Below the pieces are notes generated by a model, which worked only from the letters and a program-made list of their open reading frames with translations, did not search any database and was not told where the DNA came from. Of a stretch of DNA of 64,000 nt, positions 1 to 9,182 are shown one piece after another; position 1 is the stretch's first letter; every line of letters starts with the position of its first letter. The translations under genes and the position numbers were made by a program. The DNA lies in the IMG/VR virus record IMGVR_UViG_3300005527_000046, positions 1 to 64,000 of that record; one strand, given 5' to 3'. Source of the stretch: a virus (lineage: Duplodnaviria; Heunggongvirae; Uroviricota; Caudoviricetes).

Positions 1-90
1 TTCCTAATATTTATATAGATAGTCCTCAAGCTAACTGTATTTCTATAAAAGCGTTTAAAGATCATATTGAATTAAAGTTTTTTAAGTCAG

Positions 91-855
91 TTGCAACTTC
101 TAATTATATATATATACAATGTAAGATTTTATAAAGGTGGTTATTTCATTAATAACAACAAACATAAAGCATCTTATAAAGATTTACTAAAGTTTATTGA
201 TTCCTTTTACAACATTAAACAAAGATCTTTGGCTTATAGTTTAGACACATTATGTCCAGGCTTATACATTTGGTTTTTTAATACATATATTATACTTGGC
301 GGTGACATATGCCCTGCTAACTATAACTATGTTATACCTACTAAATTAGGCTTTGGATTTGTATTTCCTAGTCTTGATCATTGGCACACACCATTTAAAC
401 AATTTAAAAAAAATATGACGTTAGAAGAGTTACTTAAATATAATAATCCTTTAGATGGTTTAGAAGCTATTTATAAAGAATATAATTTATTAGGTGTAGA
501 AGAAGAGAATGATCCTAATGCACCTAATATAAGTCAAGAAGAAAAAGAGCTTAGACAACAAAATCTAATTATGAAAAAGAAATATGGATGGGCTTTCTCT
601 GATCTTTGGAACTTAGATGACGTTATATTTAAGTTTATTCTTCCCAGATTATATGTGTTTTATAAAGAAGATGTTGAAGGTAGACAGGATGTTTATCTTG
701 ATGAAGGAAGTTGGGCAGACATTGTTAAAGATATCTTAAGAATGATTCTACTTAATCTAGAACATGATGGTAGTGGCTTTACTCCTAAAGAAAGTATGAT
801 TCATATTAATGGTATGACTTTATTAGCAAGGTATATTAGAAGACTATGGATTTAA
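91..855 (+). CDS. hypothetical protein, first member of a tandem paralog pair; carries the YGW...(E)LWNLDD...RLYVFYK...EGSW(A/G)DI...RRLW motif
   Basis: ORF track; strong similarity of its C-terminal half to the downstream ORF 846..1253; 10-nt overlap with that ORF. Confidence 0.5.
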   Translation: MQLLIIYIYNVRFYKGGYFINNNKHKASYKDLLKFIDSFYNIKQRSLAYSLDTLCPGLYIWFFNTYIILGGDICPANYNYVIPTKLGFGFVFPSLDHWHTPFKQFKKNMTLEELLKYNNPLDGLEAIYKEYNLLGVEEENDPNAPNISQEEKELRQQNLIMKKKYGWAFSDLWNLDDVIFKFILPRLYVFYKEDVEGRQDVYLDEGSWADIVKDILRMILLNLEHDGSGFTPKESMIHINGMTLLARYIRRLWI

Positions 856-1253
856 CAACTTTATTAGCCTTTGAGGATTATAAAGAAGGATTAAAAGCCC
901 TCTATGAAAGATATGATTTAACATTAGGATATAAGGATTATGATGCCTCTGAAGAAGAAACTATACAATATCTAAATAGTAATTATGGTTGGAATACAAC
1001 TGAACTGTGGAATTTGGATGATACAATAACTAGATTTCTTGTTTCTAGATTATATGTATTTTATAAGTTAGATGACAGTACTTCTCAAGAGTTTGAAGAA
1101 GGTAGTTGGGGTGATATTTTAAAAAGTATATTAGAAGGATTATTAATGATGTTGTATACCAAAGAAGGGTTTGAACAACCTAATAGAGATGAAAAGATTA
1201 TTAATGATGCAACTATGCTATTAGGTAAATATTTTAGAAGATTATGGAATTAA
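846..1253 (+). CDS. hypothetical protein, paralog of 91..855
   Basis: Shared motifs with upstream ORF (YGWxxxELWNLDDxIxRF, RLYVFYK, EGSWxDIxKxIL, YxRRLW). Confidence 0.55.
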   Translation: MDLTTLLAFEDYKEGLKALYERYDLTLGYKDYDASEEETIQYLNSNYGWNTTELWNLDDTITRFLVSRLYVFYKLDDSTSQEFEEGSWGDILKSILEGLLMMLYTKEGFEQPNRDEKIINDATMLLGKYFRRLWN

Positions 1254-1256
1254 ATA

Positions 1257-2030
1257 ATGAGATTTCAACCTCTTAGTGATATTCATTTAGAGTTTTATAA
1301 AGATAGTAGTACTGTAAAAATAAAAGATACTGATAGTGACTGTATTATTTTAGCTGGTGATATACATACTAAAACAAGAGCTATTAAATGGTTGTTAGAT
1401 CAAAAGATTAATAAGCCAATATTTTATATATGTGGTAATCATGAGTTTTATGGAACTAACTGGCCTAGAAATATAGATAAGTTAAAAGAAGCTGCCAAAG
1501 ACACAAATATACATGTATTAGAAAATGATTATTATATTTTTAAAGATTGGATAATCTTAGGCTGTACTTTGTGGACAGATTATAAATTATTAGAACCTAT
1601 TGTTCCTCAACAATTAGCAATGTCTGCTTGTTTTAAAGGAATGAATGATTTTTATAAAATTAGAAATAGTAATTTTGGCTATAAAAAGATTATACCCTCT
1701 GATTTATTACATGCTCATTATGAATCTGTTGATTTTTTAAAGACATACTTAGAAGTATTTAATGGATGTAATATAGCTGTATTAACACATCATACTCCTT
1801 CTATAAAATGTATTGATCCTACATATCATAAAGATATTTTAAGTGCCGCTTATGCTTCTAACTTAGATGAGTTTGTTGCTTATAGTGGGGCTAAGATTTG
1901 GTTTACAGGTCATACTCATTATAAGTATAAAAAGTTTATGCTTGGAGACACATTATTGGTATCTAATCCAATGGGTTATTTAAATTATATTAATGAAGAT
2001 TTTGATCCTAAACAAGTAGAAGAAGTGTAA
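1257..2030 (+). CDS. calcineurin-like metallophosphoesterase
   Basis: Motifs LAGDIH, GNHEFYG, GHTH in the order typical of binuclear metallophosphoesterases. Confidence 0.6.
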   Translation: MRFQPLSDIHLEFYKDSSTVKIKDTDSDCIILAGDIHTKTRAIKWLLDQKINKPIFYICGNHEFYGTNWPRNIDKLKEAAKDTNIHVLENDYYIFKDWIILGCTLWTDYKLLEPIVPQQLAMSACFKGMNDFYKIRNSNFGYKKIIPSDLLHAHYESVDFLKTYLEVFNGCNIAVLTHHTPSIKCIDPTYHKDILSAAYASNLDEFVAYSGAKIWFTGHTHYKYKKFMLGDTLLVSNPMGYLNYINEDFDPKQVEEV

Positions 2031-2377
2031 TGAGTAATCATTTAGAAGAAGAAACAAAAGATAATATTATAAGACATTTAATAATAAAGATTGATGTTTT
2101 AAAAGAAGATAAAAGAGCACTCTATAAAGTAATTGAAGATGCACAACAAAAGATTTATAAATTAAAACATATTATTAATGATTTTACAAATCTTACTGTT
2201 AAGCCTAAATTTGAAATTGGAGATAAAGTAAATATATTTCTTGATAGTGATACTACTTATGTAATTCAAGACTATATGTATGAACAGTCTTACCCAGTCT
2301 ATAATATAATTCCTCTTGGTAGCACAAGTGAAGATGATATTGAAACAGTCTCAGAAATGGACTTAATAAAAATATAA
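2030..2377 (+). CDS. hypothetical protein
   Basis: ORF track; start overlaps stop of the upstream gene (ATGA). Confidence 0.45.
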   Translation: MSNHLEEETKDNIIRHLIIKIDVLKEDKRALYKVIEDAQQKIYKLKHIINDFTNLTVKPKFEIGDKVNIFLDSDTTYVIQDYMYEQSYPVYNIIPLGSTSEDDIETVSEMDLIKI

Positions 2378-2570
2378 ATACAATAGAAAGTCATTAATAT
2401 ATGAATAAAAAAGATGTTTTTATGATAAGTATAAATAAAGAAGATGTAAGACAAATTGTAAATGAGCAGATTGAATTACATGAAAGCAAAGGAAGAAAGT
2501 ATGGATATCTAGGCTTATGTATATTTCTTTCTACATATATGTTTCTTTTATATCTAATTGTGGCTAAACA

Positions 2571-3224
2571 ATGAAGGATCTTATAATTAATGCATATCCT
2601 TGTAAATATCTAATTGCAGTTCAAGATAGTTCTGAGAACTATGTAATTGAGTCTAAAAGTATATTTAATTGGGTAATTACTAAGAAGGATGATACTAATA
2701 ATGTATTAGAAAAGGATCTTTCTTGGGTCAACTATTTATCAGCAAAGGACAAAAATAATTACTTATTTAACACTTTTGAAGATGCTTTTGCCTTTCTTAA
2801 GTTATATATACATCATCAAGAAATAATAAATCATCAATTAGAGATGCATAAAAAAGAACTACACTTACTAAAACAAGAGTTTGATGTAGATCCTATTTAT
2901 GCTGTTGGTGATCTTTATTTAGATCTTGATGTTTGTATATCTCCAACAGATATTGAAGATATATTAAAAAGATATTCAGTCTTTATTAGTGGCATTGTAA
3001 ATAAAAGTGGTAATCCTTTTGGTGGTGTGCAAATTACAATTAGATCCCTCTCTGAGTTGTTATTTATTGAAGATACTTTAAAAAAGATTCAAAAAGATAA
3101 CAACTATGAGATTGTAAATTACTTTAATTTTAGTCAACCCTCAATATCAAAGACAGCCCCTTTATGTTATTATTGGCAGGTTTGTGACACTTATACTAGA
3201 CATTTTACTTTTATTAAAAAGTAA
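2571..3224 (+). CDS. hypothetical protein
   Basis: ORF track; a small upstream membrane-peptide ORF (about 2401..2573) ends in an ATGA overlap with it. Confidence 0.5.
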   Translation: MKDLIINAYPCKYLIAVQDSSENYVIESKSIFNWVITKKDDTNNVLEKDLSWVNYLSAKDKNNYLFNTFEDAFAFLKLYIHHQEIINHQLEMHKKELHLLKQEFDVDPIYAVGDLYLDLDVCISPTDIEDILKRYSVFISGIVNKSGNPFGGVQITIRSLSELLFIEDTLKKIQKDNNYEIVNYFNFSQPSISKTAPLCYYWQVCDTYTRHFTFIKK

Positions 3225-3276
3225 AAAAATTAAGTTTGATTTTAATATAAATAAATAATTTACTTAATAAAAAATC

Positions 3277-3705
3277 ATGTCTAGAAAAATAACTGTTACT
3301 CAAGATCAAATCAATAACATTTTAGATACTGCTGAAACACAAGAAACTATTTTTTGGAATAAAGAACTATTAATAAGTTATAGAATTTATAATGGCTTTA
3401 CTATTACAGGAAGGGGAGCTTGTGTTGATCCTAATTACTTTGATATACAATTAGGTAGAAAGTATGCTAGAGAAGATGCTGCTAATCAACTATGGCAGTT
3501 AGAAGGTTATTTATTACAGAATAAAATGCATAATGAAAAAGCATCTAACTGTAATAATGAGTGTAAGTGTTCTTCTAAAAAAGAACCTAGAACAAGAGAA
3601 GAATGGACTGCTCTATTTAGTTCTTATGACTTTGTAGATGAGCAAGGACATTCTTTAACTATGTGTACAGACTTTATTGATCTTGTTGAATTAGCTGTTA
3701 GATAA
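3277..3705 (+). CDS. hypothetical protein (Cys-rich segment CNNECKCSS)
   Basis: ORF track. Confidence 0.45.
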   Translation: MSRKITVTQDQINNILDTAETQETIFWNKELLISYRIYNGFTITGRGACVDPNYFDIQLGRKYAREDAANQLWQLEGYLLQNKMHNEKASNCNNECKCSSKKEPRTREEWTALFSSYDFVDEQGHSLTMCTDFIDLVELAVR

Positions 3706-3716
3706 AAAGTTATTAT

Positions 3717-4037
3717 ATGAAAGATGTAAGCCTTCAAAGAGAGATGTTGACTCTTTTAAATAATAAAATAGAAGATTTAAAAGAGCAAATTAGATTAAAA
3801 GATGTAATAAATAAAGAATTAACAAAGATAATAGAACAACAAGAGACTATAATAAAGTCTCTTGTTTTAACAATAAAAACTCCTAAATATAAAAGAAAGG
3901 ATATTGTTTCTATTGTAGGAGAAGGTGATGAAAGATATACTGTTGAAGGTTGTTCTTCTTATTTTCCTGTTTATACTTTAACTAGTATTATAGATAATTC
4001 TGTAAGAGAATCTATATTAGAATGTGAAATAGTTTGA
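3717..4037 (+). CDS. hypothetical coiled-coil protein
   Basis: ORF track. Confidence 0.4.
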   Translation: MKDVSLQREMLTLLNNKIEDLKEQIRLKDVINKELTKIIEQQETIIKSLVLTIKTPKYKRKDIVSIVGEGDERYTVEGCSSYFPVYTLTSIIDNSVRESILECEIV

Positions 4038-4175
4038 CATGTTAATGTAAATGTGTTATAAGTATATTAATACTATATTAGTAAAGTAGAAGCTAATTAA
4101 GTTTAGTGCCAGAAGTTAATATCTGGTACAAGTAAAAATCTTGTTGCTTGCGATGATATATAGTATTAATAATAA

Positions 4176-4249
4176 GTGGGTATAGCTCAGAAGAAAAGAG
4201 TGCTGGCTTTGGGAGCCAGAGGCCGCAGGTTTAAGCCCTGCTACCCGCA
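4176..4249 (+). tRNA. tRNA-Pro (anticodon UGG)
   Basis: Hand-folded cloverleaf: acceptor GTGGGTA/TACCCGC, D-stem GCTC/GAGT, anticodon stem CTGGC/GCCAG with loop TTTGGGA, T-arm GCAGG-TTTAAGC-CCTGC, discriminator A, no encoded CCA. Confidence 0.7.
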
Positions 4250-4254
4250 TTTAT

Positions 4255-4297
4255 TAAAAAAAAGAGAGTTGTTAAACACTAACTCTCTTTTTTTTTG
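4255..4297. terminator. bidirectional rho-independent terminator (A-run, hairpin AGAGAGTT/AACTCTCT, T-run)
   Basis: Perfect 8-bp stem flanked by A9 upstream and T9 downstream, between tRNA-Pro (+) and the minus-strand HNH gene. Confidence 0.55.
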
Positions 4298-4300
4298 TAT

Positions 4301-5032
4301 TTACTTTTTCTTTTTATAATCAACTTCTAATTTAATACATCTTTTTTTTACAGCATTATCACTTACATCAAATATCTTTCCTATATAAACCATAGGATAT
4401 TTATCTACTAATTCTTGTAGTTCTTCTTTTGTAACTTCAAATTTTAAAGGACGTGAAAAGTTTACTTTATTATTTATCTTAGAGCATTTACCACATCTTG
4501 TAGATTTTATATGTATATTACAGTTACAATCTACACATTTGTTTTGAATGATCTCTTTTCTTCTTCCTCTACCAGCATAAGTTTCTGTTTGAGTGTGACA
4601 GTTAGGACATAAGAATCTAAGATTTTCTAATCTATTATCACTATTAATTCCATTAATATGATCTAATTGAAGAACTAATTCTTGATTATTCCAATGTCCA
4701 GGGTTATTACAAATAGAACATTTATATTTTAATAGATTTTCTTTTACTAATCTTCTTTTTAGATCTTGTCTGCTATATGTGGAATTTTCTACTAATATTT
4801 TATCTAAATCAAGAGCATTAATCCCTCCAAAAGATTTTGCTTTTCTATTTTTATTTAACTTGTCTAAAGATAAACTATCTTCTTTTATTCTATTGTTTAA
4901 TTCTTTGTAATTATTTCCATGAAGAGACATATCAATTTTTAAAAGAACTTCAGCTAAAGTATTACAGCTATTTAATATATCTTGTAATTTATCTTTATCT
5001 AATTTCCAAATTGTATTATGCATACTTTTCAT
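4301..5032 (-). CDS. HNH homing endonuclease with extra Cys-rich zinc-binding region
   Basis: HNH motif LDHINGINSDNRLENLRFLCPNCH; additional CxxC pairs; opposite strand to neighbours, adjacent to tRNA island. Confidence 0.7.
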   Translation of the reverse strand: MKSMHNTIWKLDKDKLQDILNSCNTLAEVLLKIDMSLHGNNYKELNNRIKEDSLSLDKLNKNRKAKSFGGINALDLDKILVENSTYSRQDLKRRLVKENLLKYKCSICNNPGHWNNQELVLQLDHINGINSDNRLENLRFLCPNCHTQTETYAGRGRRKEIIQNKCVDCNCNIHIKSTRCGKCSKINNKVNFSRPLKFEVTKEELQELVDKYPMVYIGKIFDVSDNAVKKRCIKLEVDYKKKK

Positions 5033-5062
5033 AATAATTGAATCTTGTAGTAATTAACAGCA

Positions 5063-5092
5063 ATTATACTACAAGGTTTAATAACTTGTCAA
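5063..5092 (-). promoter_or_regulatory. sigma70-like promoter for the minus-strand HNH gene (TTGACA-18-TATAAT on the minus strand)
   Basis: Reverse complement of 5063..5092 reads TTGACAAGTTATTAAACCTTGTAGTATAAT; located about 30 nt upstream of ATG at 5032. Confidence 0.45.
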
Positions 5093-5103
5093 ATAATATT
5101 AAC

Positions 5104-5132
5104 TTGACAAACATATTACTTTAATGTATTAT
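5104..5132 (+). promoter_or_regulatory. sigma70-like promoter (TTGACA-17-TATTAT) upstream of tRNA-like element
   Basis: TTGACA 5104-5109, 17-nt spacer, TATTAT 5127-5132; the -35 box is the palindromic partner of the minus-strand -35 (ACTTGTCAA...ACTTGACAA). Confidence 0.45.
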
Positions 5133-5142
5133 ATTAAAATAT

Positions 5143-5217
5143 GGCGGGGTGTGGTAGTAGTAACCAATCACTCTCATAAGGTGAAATCAAGGCAGTGTGC
5201 AAATCCTGCCCCCGCAA
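5143..5217 (+). tRNA. initiator-tRNA-Met-like element (anticodon loop CTCATAA, CAU) with degenerate T-arm
   Basis: Acceptor GGCGGGG...CCCCGCA-A with a 1:72 mismatch as in bacterial tRNA-fMet; D-arm TGGT/ACCA; anticodon stem TCACT/GGTGA; T-stem does not pair canonically. Confidence 0.35.
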
Positions 5218-5253
5218 TTTAACTATATTACTAATATTAATTTAGTTATTCTT

Positions 5254-5347
5254 AGTAAGATGTGGTAGTAGAATATGTAGTAATACATTAACCAGTCTCC
5301 GCTTATATTGGAGAGATCAAGGCATGGTGCAAATCCTGTTCTTACAA
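5254..5347 (+). tRNA. paralogous tRNA-like element (shares TGGTAGTAG and ATCAAGGCA..GTGCAAATCCTG with 5143..5217); possible UAU anticodon loop CTTATAT; enlarged D-loop
   Basis: Acceptor AGTAAGA/TCTTACA with 1:72 mismatch; hairpin CTCCG-CTTATAT-TGGAG. Confidence 0.25.
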
Positions 5348-5559
5348 TTAACTATAGTAAAATATAGTTAAACTTATACTTAATAAATTATGGCTAAATG
5401 AGATTTATACTGCTATTAGAAATAATAATGAGGCCAAATCTCTTTTTTATTAGGTATATTTAATATTATTACTGAACCTATAATTTATAGATACTTGGGA
5501 GAAGAACCCATGTAGGAAACATTAGTTGTCTATAATGTGTAATAATATAAAACATATAA

Positions 5560-5665
5560 ATAAAGTTGACTGAGTTTGGTTGAAAGTTGATACTAACTAG
5601 ATTGCTTAAGTGAGGTTAGATACTCTATACTTAAGCAACCAAGGGTTCAAATCCCTTACTTTATT
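5560..5665 (+). tRNA. long tRNA-like gene (perfect 7-bp acceptor ATAAAGT/ACTTTAT, canonical T-arm AAGGG-TTCAAAT-CCCTT) with extra 10-bp hairpin in the anticodon/variable region
   Basis: Canonical T-arm and acceptor pairing; about 106 nt so it contains an insertion or long arm; anticodon not assignable by hand. Confidence 0.35.
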
Positions 5666-6195
5666 TATATAAAAATATCTTTATCAGATCCAACGCTAGT
5701 GCAAGACTAGGGGTTTAGTAAAGTGGATGGTTTACTTGTAATTTGTCAGCCATAAAGTCCGGCCCTATTGGTATAAAGATATATGAAGTACAGCAAAGGT
5801 TTAGGGTTTTAACAAAGTATATTTGTGGCCTGTTAATGTGATGGCTGGAACTTCTAAAACTAGAACCTATAAAGAATAGGAACAGCTATTAGATGGTGAA
5901 CTTGGCAAGCCTTTTGTATTTAAACAGAATAAAACTGTTTGTAATGCAGAAGAAAGATTTACATCTGTTTGGAATTATTAATATATGGACCCAATCTCTA
6001 TAGGAGTTGCTATGTTTATTGGTTGTTTGTTTTTTAAAACACAGCAAGATATGTTTATTGAGGAACAAAAGAAGTCTGCTTCTAAACCACAACAACAGAC
6101 TTCTTCTCAACAACAAAGAAAACCACCACAAACAAATAAGACTATTACTAAATGTCCTCATTGTGGTGGTAGTTTAGATAATGAAAAAGATTAAT

Positions 6196-6738
6196 TTAAG
6201 GGCTTAGTTTTTTAAGATATTTGGCTACTGTTTTATCTGAAACACCTAAATATTCTGCAACTGCTAATTTAGTTTTTAATTTAGAATATAAATCTAATAA
6301 ATCAATAGATTCCCAATCTAATTTCTTTTTACTTTGTTGAGAACATTTTGTAGAACAATATTTATGAGATTTTAATTTTGTATTATTACATAAAGGACAT
6401 TTATCATAATATTGCTTAAACTTATAATCCGCAAATTCTTCATTGAATGAAGTAAATATATTAGGTAAAATAGCTTTATCATTATGTATTTCTCTATGAC
6501 AATTAGAACAAAGCAATATGCATTTTCTAAGTTCTTTTATAACTGTTTCCCAGGAACCACAGTTTGCTCTAAGTTTACTTAAACTATGTTCTTTTTCATT
6601 TGGATCTATATGATGTAATTCTAAAGCCTCATGACATTTATTGTAACTACATATTTGACAACAGCCTCCCATAGATTCTACAATTCTAGATTTAGAATTC
6701 TTTCTCCAGTTTTTTACTTGTTCAGATTTTATAGTCAT
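6196..6738 (-). CDS. HNH homing endonuclease with C-terminal HTH
   Basis: Motifs GGCCQIC...HHID...N...LLCSNCHREIH; C-terminal LAVAEYLGVSDKTVAKYLKKL helix-turn-helix; opposite strand to neighbours, inside the tRNA island. Confidence 0.65.
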   Translation of the reverse strand: MTIKSEQVKNWRKNSKSRIVESMGGCCQICSYNKCHEALELHHIDPNEKEHSLSKLRANCGSWETVIKELRKCILLCSNCHREIHNDKAILPNIFTSFNEEFADYKFKQYYDKCPLCNNTKLKSHKYCSTKCSQQSKKKLDWESIDLLDLYSKLKTKLAVAEYLGVSDKTVAKYLKKLSP

Positions 6739-6815
6739 ATATTTATCTGTACTTGTATTAATACAATAACAAATAATGTTATTAAAATGTATTCAGATTC
6801 ATATAATACAAATCT

Positions 6816-6844
6816 TTGACAAGTGTTTATTATTAATATATAAT
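6816..6844 (+). promoter_or_regulatory. sigma70-like promoter TTGACA-17-TATAAT upstream of the tRNA at 6862
   Basis: TTGACA 6816-6821, 17-nt spacer, TATAAT 6839-6844. Confidence 0.5.
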
Positions 6845-6861
6845 AAACACTATAAATATAA

Positions 6862-6998
6862 TGTTTAGTAGCTCAGTTGGTAGAGCGTCTGACTGTGGCT
6901 TTTTAGTTTAATGTAAAACTATAGTTAACTATATTATAGGTTCAATTCCTATAAAGGTCTTAATCAGAATGTCCCTGGTTCGATTCCAGGCTAGACAG
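6862..6998 (+). tRNA. tRNA gene interrupted by a roughly 64-nt insertion in the anticodon loop (possible anticodon GUG or CUU depending on insertion point)
   Basis: Perfect cloverleaf apart from the loop: acceptor TGTTTAG/CTAGACA, D-arm GCTC-AGTTGGTA-GAGC, anticodon stem TCTGA (6888-6892) / TCAGA (6964-6968) separated by 71 nt, variable ATGTC, T-arm CCTGG-TTCGATT-CCAGG, discriminator G. Confidence 0.5.
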
Positions 6999-7450
6999 TT
7001 GCTATTAAAACAATAGCAAACAAACAACTAACTATAAAGGAGGTAACTGTGTTACTAGATATTATAATTGGTTAAAACAAATAGTAGTGGTGGAAAGATA
7101 TACACTCATATCATGCGTTAGGTTGTGGTCCTAAAGAAGCAGTAAAATGAAAGATGATTGACAAGTGTACATAGTTAATTAGATCGCATGTGGTATGGAT
7201 TGGGCACAAGTATAGGGTTAAATTCCCTACCTACTATTTCTCTTAAACATGTAGTAATAGATATACAAATATATATATATATGATTTTATAGAAGCTTCT
7301 ATGAGTATGGCTGACTATAACATTGAGTATTATACTATTAACTCTCATAGAGTATAATGCAGATTCAATAAGAAAGTGTTAACTATACCATATTTAGTCC
7401 TCTTTCTTATATATCCCTTTGTATATTACTACATGTTTATTTTTCTACAA

Positions 7451-7523
7451 TCTGGAAACGTCTAACGGTCTGACAGCACACTTTGACTGTGTACAATTGG
7501 AGGTTCAAATCCTTCTTCCAGAG
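7451..7523 (+). tRNA. tRNA-Gln (anticodon UUG)
   Basis: Acceptor TCTGGAA/TTCCAGA, D-stem GTC/GAC, anticodon stem GCACA/TGTGT with loop CTTTGAC, T-arm GGAGG-TTCAAAT-CCTTC, discriminator G. Confidence 0.7.
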
Positions 7524-7581
7524 TAGTTATTTATATATAACAAGGAGGTTATTATGTCAGATATGGAATATTAATAAAACT

Positions 7582-7815
7582 ATGATAAAAGTAGATCTTA
7601 AATTTAATAAAGAGAGTGACGGTCAACATAGTTATATACTATCTTTTACTTCTGATAAGAATAAAGATAAATATGCTGACATTGAGTTTGTTAATGATGG
7701 TGAAATATTAACAGGTAAAACAGATAGGATTAATCCTTCTGAAATTAAAACTATTACAACAGAATCTTTGTTTGATGTATTAGAAGATTTAATTAAATTT
7801 ATGAATAAAGATTAA
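7582..7815 (+). CDS. hypothetical protein (ORF-track start 7483 trimmed to the first ATG downstream of tRNA-Gln)
   Basis: ORF track 7483..7815 overlaps tRNA-Gln; AAGGAGG at 7543-7549 upstream; ATG at 7582. Confidence 0.45.
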   Translation: MIKVDLKFNKESDGQHSYILSFTSDKNKDKYADIEFVNDGEILTGKTDRINPSEIKTITTESLFDVLEDLIKFMNKD

Positions 7816-8060
7816 TGAAATTAAAGTATTTTTTTATTCTCTTTATCCGACTCTTTATAGTAGTCGGATTTTTAATGACTATTATTTATTTGTTAGCCCT
7901 TGCAACTAAATTGATAATAGGTAGTAATTTAATGATTATTGCTGGCATATGTTTATATGTTGTATGTGTAGGGTTGATAGTTATCTTTTTAGAGGTAGCT
8001 AAAGACTTTTGGGTATTCTTGTGTAAATTTATTAGGCGGATGTTTAACTTGTATGATTAA
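7815..8060 (+). CDS. small integral membrane protein (two predicted TM helices)
   Basis: Hydrophobic composition; ATGA overlap with upstream gene. Confidence 0.5.
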   Translation: MKLKYFFILFIRLFIVVGFLMTIIYLLALATKLIIGSNLMIIAGICLYVVCVGLIVIFLEVAKDFWVFLCKFIRRMFNLYD

Positions 8061-8916
8061 TAAAAAAGTAGTTATTCCTTTTTTTGCTGGTCTTGTTGGA
8101 GTTGTTAGTGTTGCTTGTGGTTCAGTTCCTGAACCTGGAGAAACAGTATTAAAAGTATATAAAGCTGGTGATAATGCTGGGTTTGAAAAAGCAGAAATTG
8201 TTACTGGAAACTATGGAAATGACTTGAATGTAGTATATTACAAAATTAATAATAAGATTGTTAATTATGTTTATACTAATAGTATGACAGAAGGTAGAGC
8301 AGCAGATGAATCTATTAAATTTAGAACATCTGATGGTTTTGTAATGAGTTCTAATATAGGCATCTCTTATATTATTGTAGATCCTAAAAAGTTTCTATCT
8401 GTGCAGAAGATGGAAGATGAAAGCTTAACATTAGGGCCTCTATATATCCTACTTAGAGATAAAGTAAATAGTATTGGTAATACTTATTCCTTGAATGATC
8501 TAATTGCTATTCCTGGTCAAACTAATAAGCTTAATAACACTTCAAAAACTCTTGCTGATTTCCAAGCAAATGTTCTAAAACAATTGAATGAAGAAACAGC
8601 TAAATATGGTGTTAAGGTACTTAGTGTTACTTTTGTAAATGGTTTTACTCCTCCTAAAGAAATTGCTGAGCAGGTTCTAAATAGTCAAATGCAGCTTATT
8701 GAGACTCAAAAACAGACTAGCCTTTCTCAAACTAAAGCAACTCAGTATGAAAGTGAATTGAGGGCTGCTAATGCTAAACTTCAACTAGCAAAGATTGAGG
8801 CGGAAACAAGAAAGCTTGATTCAGTTGGTGTAACTAATGAATATGTAACTCTGCAAGTCATTGCTCTTCTTAAAGAGAAGTGGAATGGCAGCTTTGTTAT
8901 TATTGATGGTAAGTAA
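8053..8916 (+). CDS. SPFH/band-7-like lipoprotein
   Basis: Lipoprotein-type signal FAGLVGVVSVAC; segment IKFRTSDGFVMSSNIGISYIIVDPKKFL resembles the SPFH core; C-terminal coiled coil. Confidence 0.45.
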   Translation: MINKKVVIPFFAGLVGVVSVACGSVPEPGETVLKVYKAGDNAGFEKAEIVTGNYGNDLNVVYYKINNKIVNYVYTNSMTEGRAADESIKFRTSDGFVMSSNIGISYIIVDPKKFLSVQKMEDESLTLGPLYILLRDKVNSIGNTYSLNDLIAIPGQTNKLNNTSKTLADFQANVLKQLNEETAKYGVKVLSVTFVNGFTPPKEIAEQVLNSQMQLIETQKQTSLSQTKATQYESELRAANAKLQLAKIEAETRKLDSVGVTNEYVTLQVIALLKEKWNGSFVIIDGK

Positions 8917-8972
8917 TTAGTTTAATATTAACTCTGTTAGTATATAATTAACAGAGTTAATATTATAATAAT

Positions 8973-9182
8973 ATGATTGATACTATTGCTTCAAGTGAAG
9001 AATATGGATACATATATAAAAGAATTAGAATTACAAATATAAGCTCTTTACCTCTTACTATATCTTTTAAATATAATATAGAAGTTGAAAAGAAAAAGGT
9101 TAAAAACTTATTAGCCAATAGACATGAATACAAAGCAAGTAGGACTGATTTAGATATATATGGAAACCAAATATTTCATTGA
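8973..9182 (+). CDS. hypothetical protein
   Basis: ORF track. Confidence 0.35.
   Translation: MIDTIASSEEYGYIYKRIRITNISSLPLTISFKYNIEVEKKKVKNLLANRHEYKASRTDLDIYGNQIFH

Noticed and set aside
7483-7581. 5' extension of ORF 7483..7815
   Set aside because: It overlaps tRNA-Gln and a tiny upstream ORF. The gene most likely begins at ATG 7582.
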